DNA of 34,486 nucleotides from Paraglomus brasilianum (Eukaryota): NCBI GenBank assembly GCA_910592345.1, contig CAJVPI010000338.1, positions 1 to 34,486 of the forward strand, read 5' to 3'. Shown piece by piece: positions 22,250 to 34,486 of this stretch (position 1 is its first letter; each line of letters starts with the position of its first letter). The notes under the pieces were generated by a model. It saw only the letters and a program-made list of their open reading frames with translations, ran no database searches and was not told where the DNA came from. The position numbers and the translations under genes were made by a program.

Positions 22250-22867
22250 TTACCCTTTTTTAGAGACTGCGGTGGTGGCGGATGCGGCGGGTGCGGCGGA
22301 TGTGGGTGTGAATGTGGATGCAGATGCGGGTGCGGGTGCGGATGTGGATGTTACTAGTGTGCTAAGTGTTGCGTTAGTATTAGTTGCAATGGGTGTGTTG
22401 ATCGTGGCAGGTCCGTTAGACGTGGACTCGGGGGAGGTGATTGAGTCAGCAGATGCAGATGCAGATGCAGATGCAGGCGTAGCAGATGGAGCTGCCGATG
22501 GAACAAGTGAAGTCGCAAGCGTAGGTGTGACAAGTGGGGCAGGCGTAGCAGATAGAGGCGTAGTAGGTGAAGCTGATGGGGTTGATGCTGGCAAACTATC
22601 AGATTGACTGAATGTTGGGCCGTTGGTTGTTAAGCTACTGGCTGCTGGAGTTTGTGGCAGACCATTGGCTGGTTGGTTACTACTGCTGGGTTCTACACCA
22701 GATATTGCAGCTTTAGGTAGAGGTTGATTACCAGTTAGTTGTGATGGGCCGGGTACGCCGCTATAATAGGGCGTATAAATCGGCGCGGGGTTGAACGGAC
22801 CACGTTGTGCATGCACGATTGCAAACAATGTGATGAGAAGAAGCAAGAAGAATATAAAGGATTTCAT
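22250..22867 (-). CDS. Secreted Ser/Thr/Pro/Ala-rich (mucin-like, putative cell-wall) protein
   Basis: Signal peptide MKSFIFFLLLLITLFAIVHA followed by a low-complexity S/T/P/A body with (SA)n runs; the stop overlaps a GTAAGT donor-like site. Confidence 0.85.
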   Translation of the reverse strand: MKSFIFFLLLLITLFAIVHAQRGPFNPAPIYTPYYSGVPGPSQLTGNQPLPKAAISGVEPSSSNQPANGLPQTPAASSLTTNGPTFSQSDSLPASTPSASPTTPLSATPAPLVTPTLATSLVPSAAPSATPASASASASADSITSPESTSNGPATINTPIATNTNATLSTLVTSTSAPAPASASTFTPTSAAPAASATTAVSKKG

Positions 22868-24237
22868 TTTGTTATTGGGTTGTGCAGTGAATCACAGGAT
22901 TATAGCTATCACTTGTCTTCTCTTTGTCCGCTCGGCCTGTTTTTATATCTTTCCCACTCACCATCAAAATTTCATACACTATTACTCTTGCCAGAGTTAT
23001 TCAAAATAATAACACTCCCATGCTTTAATGTACGCCAAGATAAGTCTTGTTGAGAAGGAGTAGGTGAATTACTTGGCCTGCAACTTGGAGGAATGAAAAT
23101 AAAGAACGACAATTTCATAACAGGAGCAAGTACTACATACAAGTAAGATATTTCCGTTTGTCGGGCAAGATTGGTCAGATTAAAACCTCAAACCCCACTT
23201 CTACTCATTAACTGATCTTCAGGCAATTTACCGTTTTTATCTATTTATTATTTACTATACTTGAATTATTATAGTGCTAAATTTCCTTAACTTTCTTTTC
23301 TCCCAAACTACCAAATTAACTTAAAAGGTCGCATTTATTTTTAGAGTTTGGGTTTGTATTCGAGTGGAACCATGATCATGATCATATGGCAGGAATACTT
23401 ACTTGTTTGCGAAGCATATGGTCAGATGTTTGGTGATCGAAATAGACGAAAAAGGAAACGGAGTAGATTTAATCAGGTTCCGTTGATATCGAGAGTAATG
23501 CCGAATACCATTTAAACGACATTTCGTCCGTTAACAGTAATTCTCCAAGCTGTCAACCATTCAAGTGTACCTTCACAGTTAATAGCACAAATAGGTATTA
23601 CGAATAGTATCTGATGGTTAGGCGACAGACACTTAAGGCGTAGTAAATGCTATATTTGTAACAGATGACATCATCGTAATACTGAACAATAATTATTATT
23701 ATAACAGTAATAGCAATAAGAGATCTACAATCATTATGCATCGTTGTAACAGTTGTAATAATAACACTTATTATTACATTATCATTATTACCATTATTAT
23801 CATTTATACGAAACTCCTATGCTATGCAGATTCGAATATCAAAAAGAGACTAGCGCCACACACAACAAAAGGTAGCTTTAACGTTTATACATGTAGTTCT
23901 CTCATTTATTGCTGTATCTCTCTGAGCGCAGTGCTCTTCTTTTGACTCGAGAATCAAGAGAAATCAAATACTGTAAGATGAAGAAATAGAATAGAGAAAT
24001 AACAGTCCATTCTATATATCATTACTAAAAATATAATACAAAAAGAAAAGGAAAAAGAAAAAAGGGAAAGGGGGGAGGTGAAAAAGAAGAATCAAATTAT
24101 CCGTGATAACACTAAGAATATGAAAAGTACCAAAAATCTGATATATAATTAATATCGTCCTTCTACTCTACTCTAGCTGAAAATTTCGTCGTTGAGCCTG
24201 TATACAAAAAAGACCCAACCCTAAATAAAAAACTGTA

Positions 24238-24987
<750 letters not shown>

Positions 24988-25038
24988 TTATTGAACAGTT
25001 TTATTATTACTGTTTGAAGAAGGGAAAAAGTGGATGTA

Positions 25039-25048
25039 TTTATATATA
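25039..25048 (-). promoter_or_regulatory. Putative TATA box of the ubiquitin fusion gene
   Basis: TATATAAA on the minus strand about 130 bp upstream of the ATG. Confidence 0.5.
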
Positions 25049-25395
25049 AGGGGAAGTAGGGGGCGAATGGAAAACGTTAGAGGTAAGTATTAATTTATAA
25101 TAAACATGTAACACGATGTATTGGTTAATATTAATATACAATTGTTAATATATATATGAACTGCATACAATATAATAACAATAATATAAATTGCTATTTA
25201 TATGTTGTATAAATAAAAAATACATCAATTGTCCCCCTCTTACAATCAATTCAAGCCGCCCACTCACATCCACTTGAGAATCCGCTGATCATCTTAGTCA
25301 TGCATACTTAGCTCTCCATTCAGCCTGATTCCTTCTCCGCCCGAATTGAGCTTTTTGGTAATCAACAAGGATTCTCATTGGTCCTAAACCTCAGG

Positions 25396-25411
25396 AGATG
25401 ACGCGTCATCT
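25396..25411. promoter_or_regulatory. 16-bp perfect palindrome AGATGACGCGTCATCT (bZIP/CRE-like half sites flanking an ACGCGT core)
   Basis: Exact palindrome about 490 bp upstream of the ubiquitin fusion gene; a further ACGTCAT half-site lies at ~25431. Confidence 0.35.
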
Positions 25412-27554
25412 ACTTATTTTGGTATACAAAACGTCATCCATGTGTGCAAACGACAAAGATCGGCTGATTTCTCTGCTTCCCCCCAGCTTTATAACGTAAG
25501 ATGTTTGGAGAACGGTATTTAATCATATGACAGTTTTACAATATATCTTCTGTGTAGATTATTACGCACACTCTTCTTTCTTTCGAACATGCTAGTCAGT
25601 CTAAAGAGTTCATTATACAATGGATACTTGTCACATCCTTTGTTTCGTTGTTCTCTTTTCGATTGGTCCACATTGTCATGGAAGATTTTTAGCTCTTTAT
25701 GGGAAATGGGGAAATAAAGAAGTTTTGTGCACATTTATTGACAATGAACAAGTATTTTTAAAAGTCGGGATTAATTGCCAGAGTTTTTAATTGTACCTGC
25801 AAACATGCTCTGCTCTCTTCCGTACATGTACAGCAAGGTCTGCCGCACATAATGCTAACCCACAACCCCTTCAAACACACTCGGCAGTAGTGTATGTGGC
25901 GCATTATGTATGCAAAAAGCGGACGATAGTCGATTGCGTAATATGACTTACGTACACCTCACTTTAATTCGTTTACGTTGGGGATAAACATGTACTTGCT
26001 TTGGTTTCATGTGCGACAAACAAGATTAACAATAAGAGTTAGAATGAAAAAGTGTCTGCTTTTTTGTTTTTCCATGAATTGGGGGTTGTAAAGCGACCTA
26101 CCTGAAAACGGCTATGGTCGAATTTTGAAGCATTTAATGGGCGTATATATATACCAATCACGTTAAAGAAGACAAGAATGGTAGCTGGATTGATATTCAT
26201 AGGTTTTTTGCGTGACTGGGATTGGTGATCTACAGTGTCATACGATGACAGCTCCAAATAATGCCTCGAAATAACGAAATAAATTATTCACCAAAAGAAC
26301 ATAAAAGGTAAAATGAGTTTTTTAAATTTAACGGTTTATATCCATACCATATGTTCCTATAATCGTTATCTATCATTACATTGTCATTACATCTGGAATC
26401 TACTATTGTTAATTTATTTTCCGATACAGACAAAGAGCACATCTTTGTCAAGTATGAAACTTGGCGGATTCGAAAAATGCTCTAATCTCAATATACAAAA
26501 CAACACTCTTTTGTATTTTCTCAACACTGTTACTATTGTTCGTCGCAAACATCATGCCTAATTGTCCATCAACAGTACGAGAAATGTCTAATCCGATTGA
26601 AGGGATGTTTGCAATCTCGGTAGAAAGTATATATACATGTTGATCACGGTGATTGGTCAAATATTATGCGATACCGATGCATAAATTTGAAACAATGATA
26701 ATAATAATATAAGATTTTGCATTGTTGGGTATAAATAATGACCGATACGCCATAAAGACCTAAAAACAATCGAGGTTCACGATAACAATAAATATACTGG
26801 GCCTCTATTATTAAAATGCGAAATGTTACAACCGCCCGCTCTAACCCAATTTGTCAAAAGGTTTGGTTGTGTTGTTTTTTGTTCTTACTAAGCCGAGTAG
26901 TTTGAATAAACGCAGTTCTTGGTTTTATGGTTTGCGTTTACAAATTCGCTACACTGTCTAAATGTCCCGTATCAATATTGTTTGCTTTGTTTGTACAAGA
27001 CCCACTTTCTTGATAATTTATCCGCGCTAAACAATATTTTTGAGATTATTCTGTGTAACGGCCGCGCTGTGACAAAACCAGACACGGCAAACAAATATTT
27101 AGGAGTTTAAACATGGTTGACCATTATTTTACTCTATGTAAGTCCTAAATTGCTTGTTATAGTTGGCTTTAAAGTTAGGCTTTTGATCTAAACTAGCATG
27201 CTTGTTGACATTCTTGAGCAAGCTTTGAAACCCTTCATTTTTAAATAATTAGCATCAATTTTAAGGTGCAATTATTGGAATCTCCGAATGTTTCAAGTAG
27301 CCTTTAATCACGAAGGATGAAAAAAGGTTACTTTCCTTGATTAGCAAAGAATGTCAAAGTCAGGCTGATTTATTATATTCAATGAAATCTCGTTGATGCG
27401 TATTTATTTGCACATAAATATTTGAGCATTTTTCTTTTGCTTTCTCTTATACATCACCTGGGACACAATTAAATATAAACTCATTACTACATAATACTGT
27501 ATACTGTGGCTACACCTTATTAACCCTCACCTCCCAGCACAACTACTTCAACTA

Positions 27555-27650
27555 TTAAGCTTCTTACAATCTGTAACCATTGTCACATTATTGAACTCCT
27601 TTACTGCCAGGGCCTTTGCACACAATACAAACCCAACTAATTCCTGAAAT
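27555..27650 (-). pseudogene. Possible RNase H relic of a retroelement
   Basis: Minus frame ELVGFVLCAKALAVKEFNNVTMVTDCKKLN resembles the RNase H EL...AL...hxhxTD(S/C) motif; the surrounding sequence is CpG-poor and full of stops. Confidence 0.25.
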
Positions 27651-30416
27651 CATCAACAACCCCTTGGATATCTTTTCTTTTTCTAATAATGATCACACTT
27701 TTACTATTATCCTACTACTACTAGTGTCCGTAAAATAATATCCCTAGAAACAAAATATAATAATAATGCATCTTACCAGTAACACCCGGCTTGGGAATTT
27801 GTTCTCTCTCTGCATGTATTTTTAAATAAATAAACAGATTAGACTGTTGCTCTAGCAAGGACCTCACTGTGAATAAAGATTTCTCATAATAGTTCACATC
27901 ATAGTAATTAAAATCGATTCAATAGATTAAGTTCGAGTCAGTCTCATTATTACTTGATCGTACATTTAGTATTGTATTTCATCATCAATGACTCGTACCA
28001 CCACAGTCATTAAATAGTAAATAATTTACATGTTTTATTATTATCTCACATCTACTTTTTATTGATTTGATACAGTTAATTAGAATGCTATCTGAGCTTC
28101 GATTTTATTCTTCTGCCATGTACTGCTTGTTCTAACTCTCTATCACTCGCTCAACCAGACGCATCTTCCCATCAAACTTACGAACAAAGAAATGGCGACC
28201 ATCGAAGAACTGAAGTACGCGGAGAAAGAGTTAGAGGACGGCTGCGTTGGAGGCGTTCAAAAAAGGCGATACCACAAAACCATCTGATCAAAATCACCGT
28301 TTATTGAGGGAGCGAAACACCACATAATGTATCTCTCGTTAGATGTATTTAGCATAATTACTTATGCTTATAGATTTTTAGGTCGATACTATTTTTTTTA
28401 TTAATTGTCAGCGATGAATAGCTTCTATTATTCTAACAGCTTGTTACGTGTTAATTAGTCTTTATGAAGTGTGTTGTTTATTTTAAGCCATTAAAGTGAA
28501 TATGGGCATTGCCGAATATATTAATATACAGTAAAAAGAGATCGATAATCAACGATAATATTCATAATACAGCACTAAGTTGTATAAAAAAACCGAACAG
28601 CTTGAGTAGTATGTATGAAATTATGGTCGGTTTAATCTGGTACTTTACCCACTATATTGCCATATTTGCGCCAAGTTTAGTTGAAACTTGTAATAAAGTG
28701 AATAATTCTGGTTTGACTTTTTTTACTCTTTCCACAGTTGGGACACCAAGATTATGTTCTATCATAGAGGTGTTCTCTTATAGAATTTGTACTCATGAGT
28801 ATGTAACTACGTTTATTAATGTTATTCAATAAATTAAATGCTAGTCTTACTAGCAAAATTCTTTGTGGAAGGCATTCTTGACTATATAGCTTCCTTTTTT
28901 TTTATAATTTAGCGGGCCTGACGAATTATGAAAAGTAACGGGGTCTGGATTCCGGTGCTTTTCTAGTTAAATGATTTCTAAAAAGGTTAATGCTCGTGCC
29001 AGCTAATCAACATGACACGTGTGTTCTACAAAATTATGTTCTTGTCCTTTATAATTTTTATATAAACGTAAAGGGAAGAAGTTCGAACAGACAGAAAGTA
29101 AGTATCGTATGATTTATGGGAAAAAAATTGAAGTACTGGCGATCAAATGATTGGCTAATGTCACGTTCACAGCAGCGGAATAAATCAAATTGGATGTTAG
29201 ATATAATGATAATTCGCATTTTTAAGAATATTTGTATTTTCTGACCCTAACTATGCAAAAAAAAAACAACGAAAGATAGTCAACCCTCCATAAGTGCACA
29301 TGAGTTGGAGTGTGCATTTTATTGGTTAACGCGACTCGATAAAAGTATTAGCGTATTTATGATGCTCAATATTATTTTAAGCTACTGTAATGTTCAAGCA
29401 TTCTCACATGTTTTAGCAATCTTTTAGAGTCTTTCTGCAGAATGAACGAACAGCATCGTTGATATTAACTGATAAACTGATACATCGTCATAACAATTTG
29501 AACAATGTAATAAATACTTCACAATGATCAGGAAATTCTTTAAGACAAAGATTTGGGCTGGGCTTAACGATCAAGATTCATTTGGCCTGATAGAAATCGA
29601 ACAACGTTTATTCACTGACACAAACAATACAATATCACAATAAAATCACATGGCATGCATTTAGGGAAATGGGGAAATGAAAAAAAAAAAACGTGCGAGG
29701 GATTGTATTTTTGGAAGAATAATTACTAATTATTATTTCCTTTACTGACTTAGATGTAAGCCGGTGAATATTGAGTTATTGACTTATGAGCAGAGGATTG
29801 AAGGAAGTTTTTAAAAAACATCGCTGATGAGTTATGATGTGGAGGAGTTGAGAGTGGAAGAAATGGAAAACATACTTCTTAACGGAGAAAGTTCGACAAA
29901 AAAACTTTCTAATTCCAAAAAAAAAAAAAAATAGTCAAAGTCTAAATTTCAGAGTAGACACGAACCTGATTACTTAATTCTAAAAAAAGAAACTAAAAAC
30001 CTTCTACATAACCAAATTAATCAGCCGGCATGTAGAGGGTCTATTTATGAAGAGTTGACTTTATAACAGTGCAAAAGACAAAGAACCGACAGCCTATGAC
30101 AACATACTAAAAGCGCATTACAATAACTTCTTTGAGTTGCACTATGACTAAAGAACACTAACATTGCATCTAGTACTAGACCTTTGTTGATTTATAATTT
30201 TCTTTCGCTAAAAGGCGCCGAAAAAAATGGTTCGTGGTCAAGTCGTGAAAATCTGTAGACGTGACGTTTCCTGTGACTGGTCTTTATTATTATTAGCTTT
30301 TTCCCTAAAATTATTTTATCATGTTTGTTGCAGCACTACACCATTAACATATCTTCTAGATTTTATCACGTAGCTTTCTAATCTTTGCTTTCTTGGGTGG
30401 GGTTGGTGTGATTAAT

Positions 30417-32482
30417 TCACTCAATTTTTGTTTCGTTAGGTCTATCACCTTTTTTTTTCTGGTACTTGTTCCGCTTCAGAGATTGAGCAGTGCCAATAAG
30501 CAGATTCCGTGTCTGCCAACATACTGCCATTGCATGCTGCAAGCAGTGAATGTCATGAAAGTTAGCAGGAATATCAAATTGACCATAGGGCTTAATAACA
30601 TATTTTCGGTTGCAAAGTTCCATTACAAAAACCTTTACAGTAAAGCCTAAAAAATAACAAACTTAATGGTAAGCAATGGAGAGTATCAAACAACATGACA
30701 GCACTTACCACTGGAATGCATGCCAACAATTTTTAGTTCATTTGGACGTATGTCTCCTCGTCCTGCACGTGTCTCCTTTTTTATAATGTAGTTGAGACAA
30801 TCTTTTAGTTCTCGTCTCAATTTAAACAGATCATTGGCATCCTTTGTTAGATCCTTCTTGAGTGGACTATATGAAACCTCTAGAATGCCAATTTCATATG
30901 CATTGTTATTATTTATGCGAATGACTCCATCTGCATTATGTCCAATTTCATTGACTTCTATTAACAAGTCTTTTCCTTCATTTTTTCGTTCTGCTGTGCT
31001 CTGAACATCTACTTCACCCCTGGTTAGAATGAGTTATCTTAATACTATTAATAATAAGAAAAAAGGCAAGATATATTTACATACCACGTACAGTCTAAGA
31101 GATTGATACTCCGGATTGCACCTCCAATAACTGGCTCAATAAAATTACAACTATACATATGCTCTGACAAGTTCCGATTTTGTAAAAGCCGACACCCCAA
31201 CTCAAACTCTGTTAAACTATACACAACAATAAATCACGGAATTAATATATTAAGACAAAAGCAAAGAAATGAACAGTGCTTACTATGCGTTTATAACATC
31301 AACAGCATATTTCCAACGTGGATGGTTCACATCATCTGGAGGCATTACAGCTAGTTTGCCAACAAGTCTATACCATTCTTTACGAGCACACTGTACATCA
31401 GATGCCTTTATGTTTGAGGGTATGATAATCAGTTAGCATCCCGACATATACCACCAAAAATAATCCACTTACATTGAAAATTGAATTGAATTCTTTTAAA
31501 TCAAATTCAAAGTCATCATGACTTTCTAAGATCTCTGTTAAGTCCACTATGTTGTCAGGGTCAATTCTGAAAAGATATAATAATCATAGTCAGAAATATT
31601 GTTAAATGAATATAAAGTAAGCACATGTGAAATAAGAAAGGCGTTTACTTATGAAAATTGTCAGCATCCAATGATTCATGAGAATTTGTTGTAACGACAT
31701 CCTTGTATCTAGTTTTGCTCTAACACAATAACAGATTTACATTAAGCTCATTCTGGTGATAATCAACAGTCTTAGGAGCAAGCTTACAAGCTTTTGTCTC
31801 TTATTACATGTATTTTCTCCGCCAGTGAACCGTTGCTCCATGGTCATGGTGATTTTCTCTGTTAAGATATGCTGTTGTTGCACTCTATCGACAATAGCCA
31901 TCTCTAAAACACCAGCAGTATATTGTACCTGTATAAATACTAAATAAGTCCAAGTATAACAGCCATACATAGTAATTCACTGTTCACTGACCCTTTGCCA
32001 GAAGATCTTCACACCGAGAGATTGTCTTTCATCCTAGTAGCCAGAATACAGATAAGTGTCAGTAAAGATCATATTGAGAATAACCAAGAGCTACTATGTG
32101 ATTGCATAACGAAGGTACAACTAGTTGGGGCGTAGCCATCCAGAAGTGTTATGAACCATGGCGCATCTTGACATCCAAAGGGAGGAGTTCACCAGCCAAG
32201 GCGCAGTCAGCTGGCTATTTGGATGCCAACATAGTAACTCTTAAGAATATAATTGCGATATAATGTCAATTACTGTGCCTGGAAATTAGATATACAGACT
32301 GCTGCTTGCTCACGGCATCTTCCAGATTCTGTAGTCGAAATAACATATTCAAGATCTTTAAGATAATTTCGATGTTCGACTGCTTTGTCCATCGAAAAGT
32401 CTTCAGCCTTCTCTCGATACTTCAAGTAACCTAACAAACTCCACTTCACATTCTCGCCAAAGTAAGCCGATGGAATTGACAT
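30417..32482 (-). CDS. Multi-exon hypothetical protein with putative C-terminal PD-(D/E)xK restriction-endonuclease-like fold
   Basis: Nine exons (approx. 32482-32279, 32033-31992, 31928-31788, 31719-31649, 31566-31473, 31405-31284, 31216-31085, 31019-30709, 30646-30417) join in frame if intron 1 uses a GC donor. Motifs LSEHMYSCNFIEPVI, WGEVDVQSTAERKN, GHNADGVI...EIGILEVS, DLFKLRRELKDCL. Confidence 0.65.
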
Positions 32483-33062
32483 CCTGTTTTTACAGAGATA
32501 GAACAGTAATGGTAATGGTAAGGAGTAAAGTTATCAACTTGTGCACGCGACGCGTATACTAAATTTGGTCCGATGAAAATGTCAGTCACCTGAACTGCAG
32601 ATCAAATCACGACCTTAATATTAATATTAACGTTAATTTTATTAGACAGTAATCCGTTATACGTGATCGTTAATTCACGCATCCAGACGTTGGCTTGCAT
32701 AAACTCGTTAAAAGGGAGCACTATAATCATTTAGTTGATAATATTTATCTCAATGTAAAGTCTGACAAATTCTCAAAAAAGCGACGGTGCTTCTCAGAAT
32801 GGATAACTTAATATATTTACGCTCTCTAAATATATTGTAATAGCGTTTCTATTATTATCATTTACACTATGCATTGTAAGTAGCACGAATAAACTAAAAT
32901 GTACTTTGGCTAACGCCAAGGATGTAGTAATAAACGATTTTTAGTGCCCATGAAGCCGAGCAAATACTTTACGTTGGGAATTTGAATTTGAATTGTTTTT
33001 GTAACCATATTTTACATCCAATATTTTTCGTATATATACCGTATTTTATTTGTAATTCGTAA

Positions 33063-33650
33063 TATGAAAAACATGTCATTAAGAAATGCCAAGTCATAAG
33101 AATTATATATGGGATTACCCGTATATGAAAAATAGTAAATATAGTGGTTCAAGCGAATATAAAAAAGTAATACGTTTCTTGGAGTTAGGTTGCAATTGTG
33201 GTTGCTCAAAAATGATTCCCAGAGAAAATTTTGCCGAATTACGTAAGGCGTTTCAAGCTCTTTCTAGGTCTGAGCAAGACTTTTTTTAATGGCCCAGTTG
33301 AAAGCAATGAATGATGGAGAAATAACCGCCAGTCGACGTCTTAAAAGAAAGCGCATATTAATAAAAGAACTTTTTATTATTGAGATCGAAACACGTCATT
33401 TTGTCAGAAAACGTGTCTCAATATGTTAGGAATTGGTCGCATTCACTTCGAAATCACCTAGCGACGAATGGTATAATGCCGCGCGTTCATGGTAATGTAA
33501 AAAAGTGCCACGATGGAAAACCAAAATAACCGTTGATCGCCGTGAAAAATTTTCTCGAGAATTATGCTGAAATTCATGGACTACCAAGTTCTGGTAGAAA
33601 CGTCAACTGAATTACTCAATCGTTTACACTATTGCCAGCCGAAACAAATG
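33063..33650 (+). pseudogene. Truncated, frameshifted transposase-like gene (N-terminal part)
   Basis: Fragments ELGCNCGCSKMIP...EQDFF / LMAQLKAM / FCQKTCLNMLGIG / PRVHGN / VKNFLENYAEIHGLPSSGR / LLPAET with frameshifts and stops. The pattern recalls DUF7869/Sola-like transposase N-termini (from memory, unverified). Confidence 0.45.
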
Positions 33651-33971
33651 TAATTTTACATAATCATATGATATTCGTATCTAAATTTACTACACTGTAT
33701 AGTTGTATTTTCGTAGTTCTTATGGCATACTGCTTTAGCATGAGAAGAACAATGAAGAGTAAAGGTATTAGACTATAAAAGCACCTGGACGTAGTATAAG
33801 CATATAAAATTCGCCGCAAAGATTAATCACGGTAACACATTTGGATGTTAGTGCGAAGGAATAGGCATCAGGAAAAAATCAAATAAGTGAAAAAGATAGG
33901 ATGTGCCATGTAACACAAGCGTTGAGAACGAGATTTGTTCACTTGAAAAAAAAAAATTTTTAATTGAAACG

Positions 33972-34486
33972 ATGTCGTTAGCATTAGGTACTGTTAACAA
34001 TTCAGCAATTGATAACTTTGTTCAATCCTCCTTGGAAAGTGAAGATGAAGACTTAAGACTTGAATGGATTCCTTGCTCGGAATTTACCGACAAAGAGCCA
34101 ACTCAAATTGACAACGTCTATTATGCTAGTCGCAAGCAAACGTTGCATAATGGTGAAGTGAAGGAAACGACGATAATGCTGCTATCGCTTGGAAGCAGCG
34201 GAGAATGTACACAAACACTTGTTAGTGAGTTTGCTAGAATATACTCACTTCCGACACACAAGTACAACAGTGATGTCAGTCAATATAGACGATATTCCAA
34301 ATGGCTTACTCGTCGCAACTATCTCATAATGGGTTTTACCGAGTATGACGATAAATATTATATGGTTGCTGATGAACGCTTTTACTATTGTTATTCTCTC
34401 TATGGCTTCTGCACTGCATGTGGAATACTCCGATGTAGTCCCGTGTGGTGCATTTGTGGACATAAACAATTATCCGATGGATGGAC
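33972..34486 (+). CDS. 5' part of a probable tyrosine-kinase-like protein kinase family gene (runs off window)
   Basis: Open frame from ATG 33972 to the window end: MSLALGTVNNSAIDNFV...LEWIPCSEFTD...YGFCTACGILRCSPVWCICGHKQLSDGW. The IDxF..LEWIP and CxxC...WCxC..W motifs typically precede the kinase domain in expanded Mucoromycota TKL families. The catalytic domain itself is not in the window. Confidence 0.6.
   Translation, partial: MSLALGTVNNSAIDNFVQSSLESEDEDLRLEWIPCSEFTDKEPTQIDNVYYASRKQTLHNGEVKETTIMLLSLGSSGECTQTLVSEFARIYSLPTHKYNSDVSQYRRYSKWLTRRNYLIMGFTEYDDKYYMVADERFYYCYSLYGFCTACGILRCSPVWCICGHKQLSDGW

Noticed and set aside
22272..22607. Plus-strand Ala/Asp/Gly/Val-rich ORF
   Set aside because: Antisense mirror of the low-complexity secreted protein.
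23405..23470. Short matches (cgaagcatatgg, cggagtaga) to the fold-back at 3850-4040
   Set aside because: Only 9-12 bp and not colinear; insufficient to call a second copy.
25519..27110. Several 60-80 aa ORFs on both strands
   Set aside because: No recognisable domains and no consistent exon chain.
29825..29872. CTGATGAG...GAAA hammerhead ribozyme-like core
   Set aside because: No stem II or flanking stems can be formed; the region is purine-rich decayed coding-like sequence.
32125..32232. HDV-like ribozyme, TPP riboswitch or H/ACA snoRNA identity for the intronic structure
   Set aside because: It lacks the GG for P1.1 after the candidate P1, the CUGAGA TPP motif, and an ANANNA hinge on the sense strand; kept only as an unclassified structure.

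Overview
Intron-rich, AT-rich eukaryotic DNA, most consistent with an early-diverging Mucoromycota fungus (Glomeromycotina/Endogonales-like; inferred from gene families and intron style). Left to right: (1) two tandem paralogues of a large gene with a beta-propeller-like N-terminus and a TRP-like 6-TM ion channel. They show a mosaic of hypervariable and identical segments and are separated by a ~1.4 kb insertion containing MITE/fold-back elements. (2) An SH3 - proline-rich - EH domain endocytic adaptor. (3) A decayed accessory block (13.6-15.9 kb) with a relic resembling a viral A32/FtsK-HerA packaging ATPase. (4) A small gene divergently paired with the chaperonin gene CCT5. (5) A secreted Ser/Thr/Pro-rich protein. 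(6) An intronless ubiquitin-ubiquitin-AN1 zinc-finger fusion. (7) A gene-poor decayed region. (8) A 9-exon putative PD-(D/E)xK nuclease-fold gene whose first intron needs a GC donor and holds a strand-biased RNA hairpin. (9) A transposase-like pseudogene and the start of a kinase-family gene. Exon coordinates were derived by hand from splice signals and frame continuity; family assignments come from motif recognition, not database searches.
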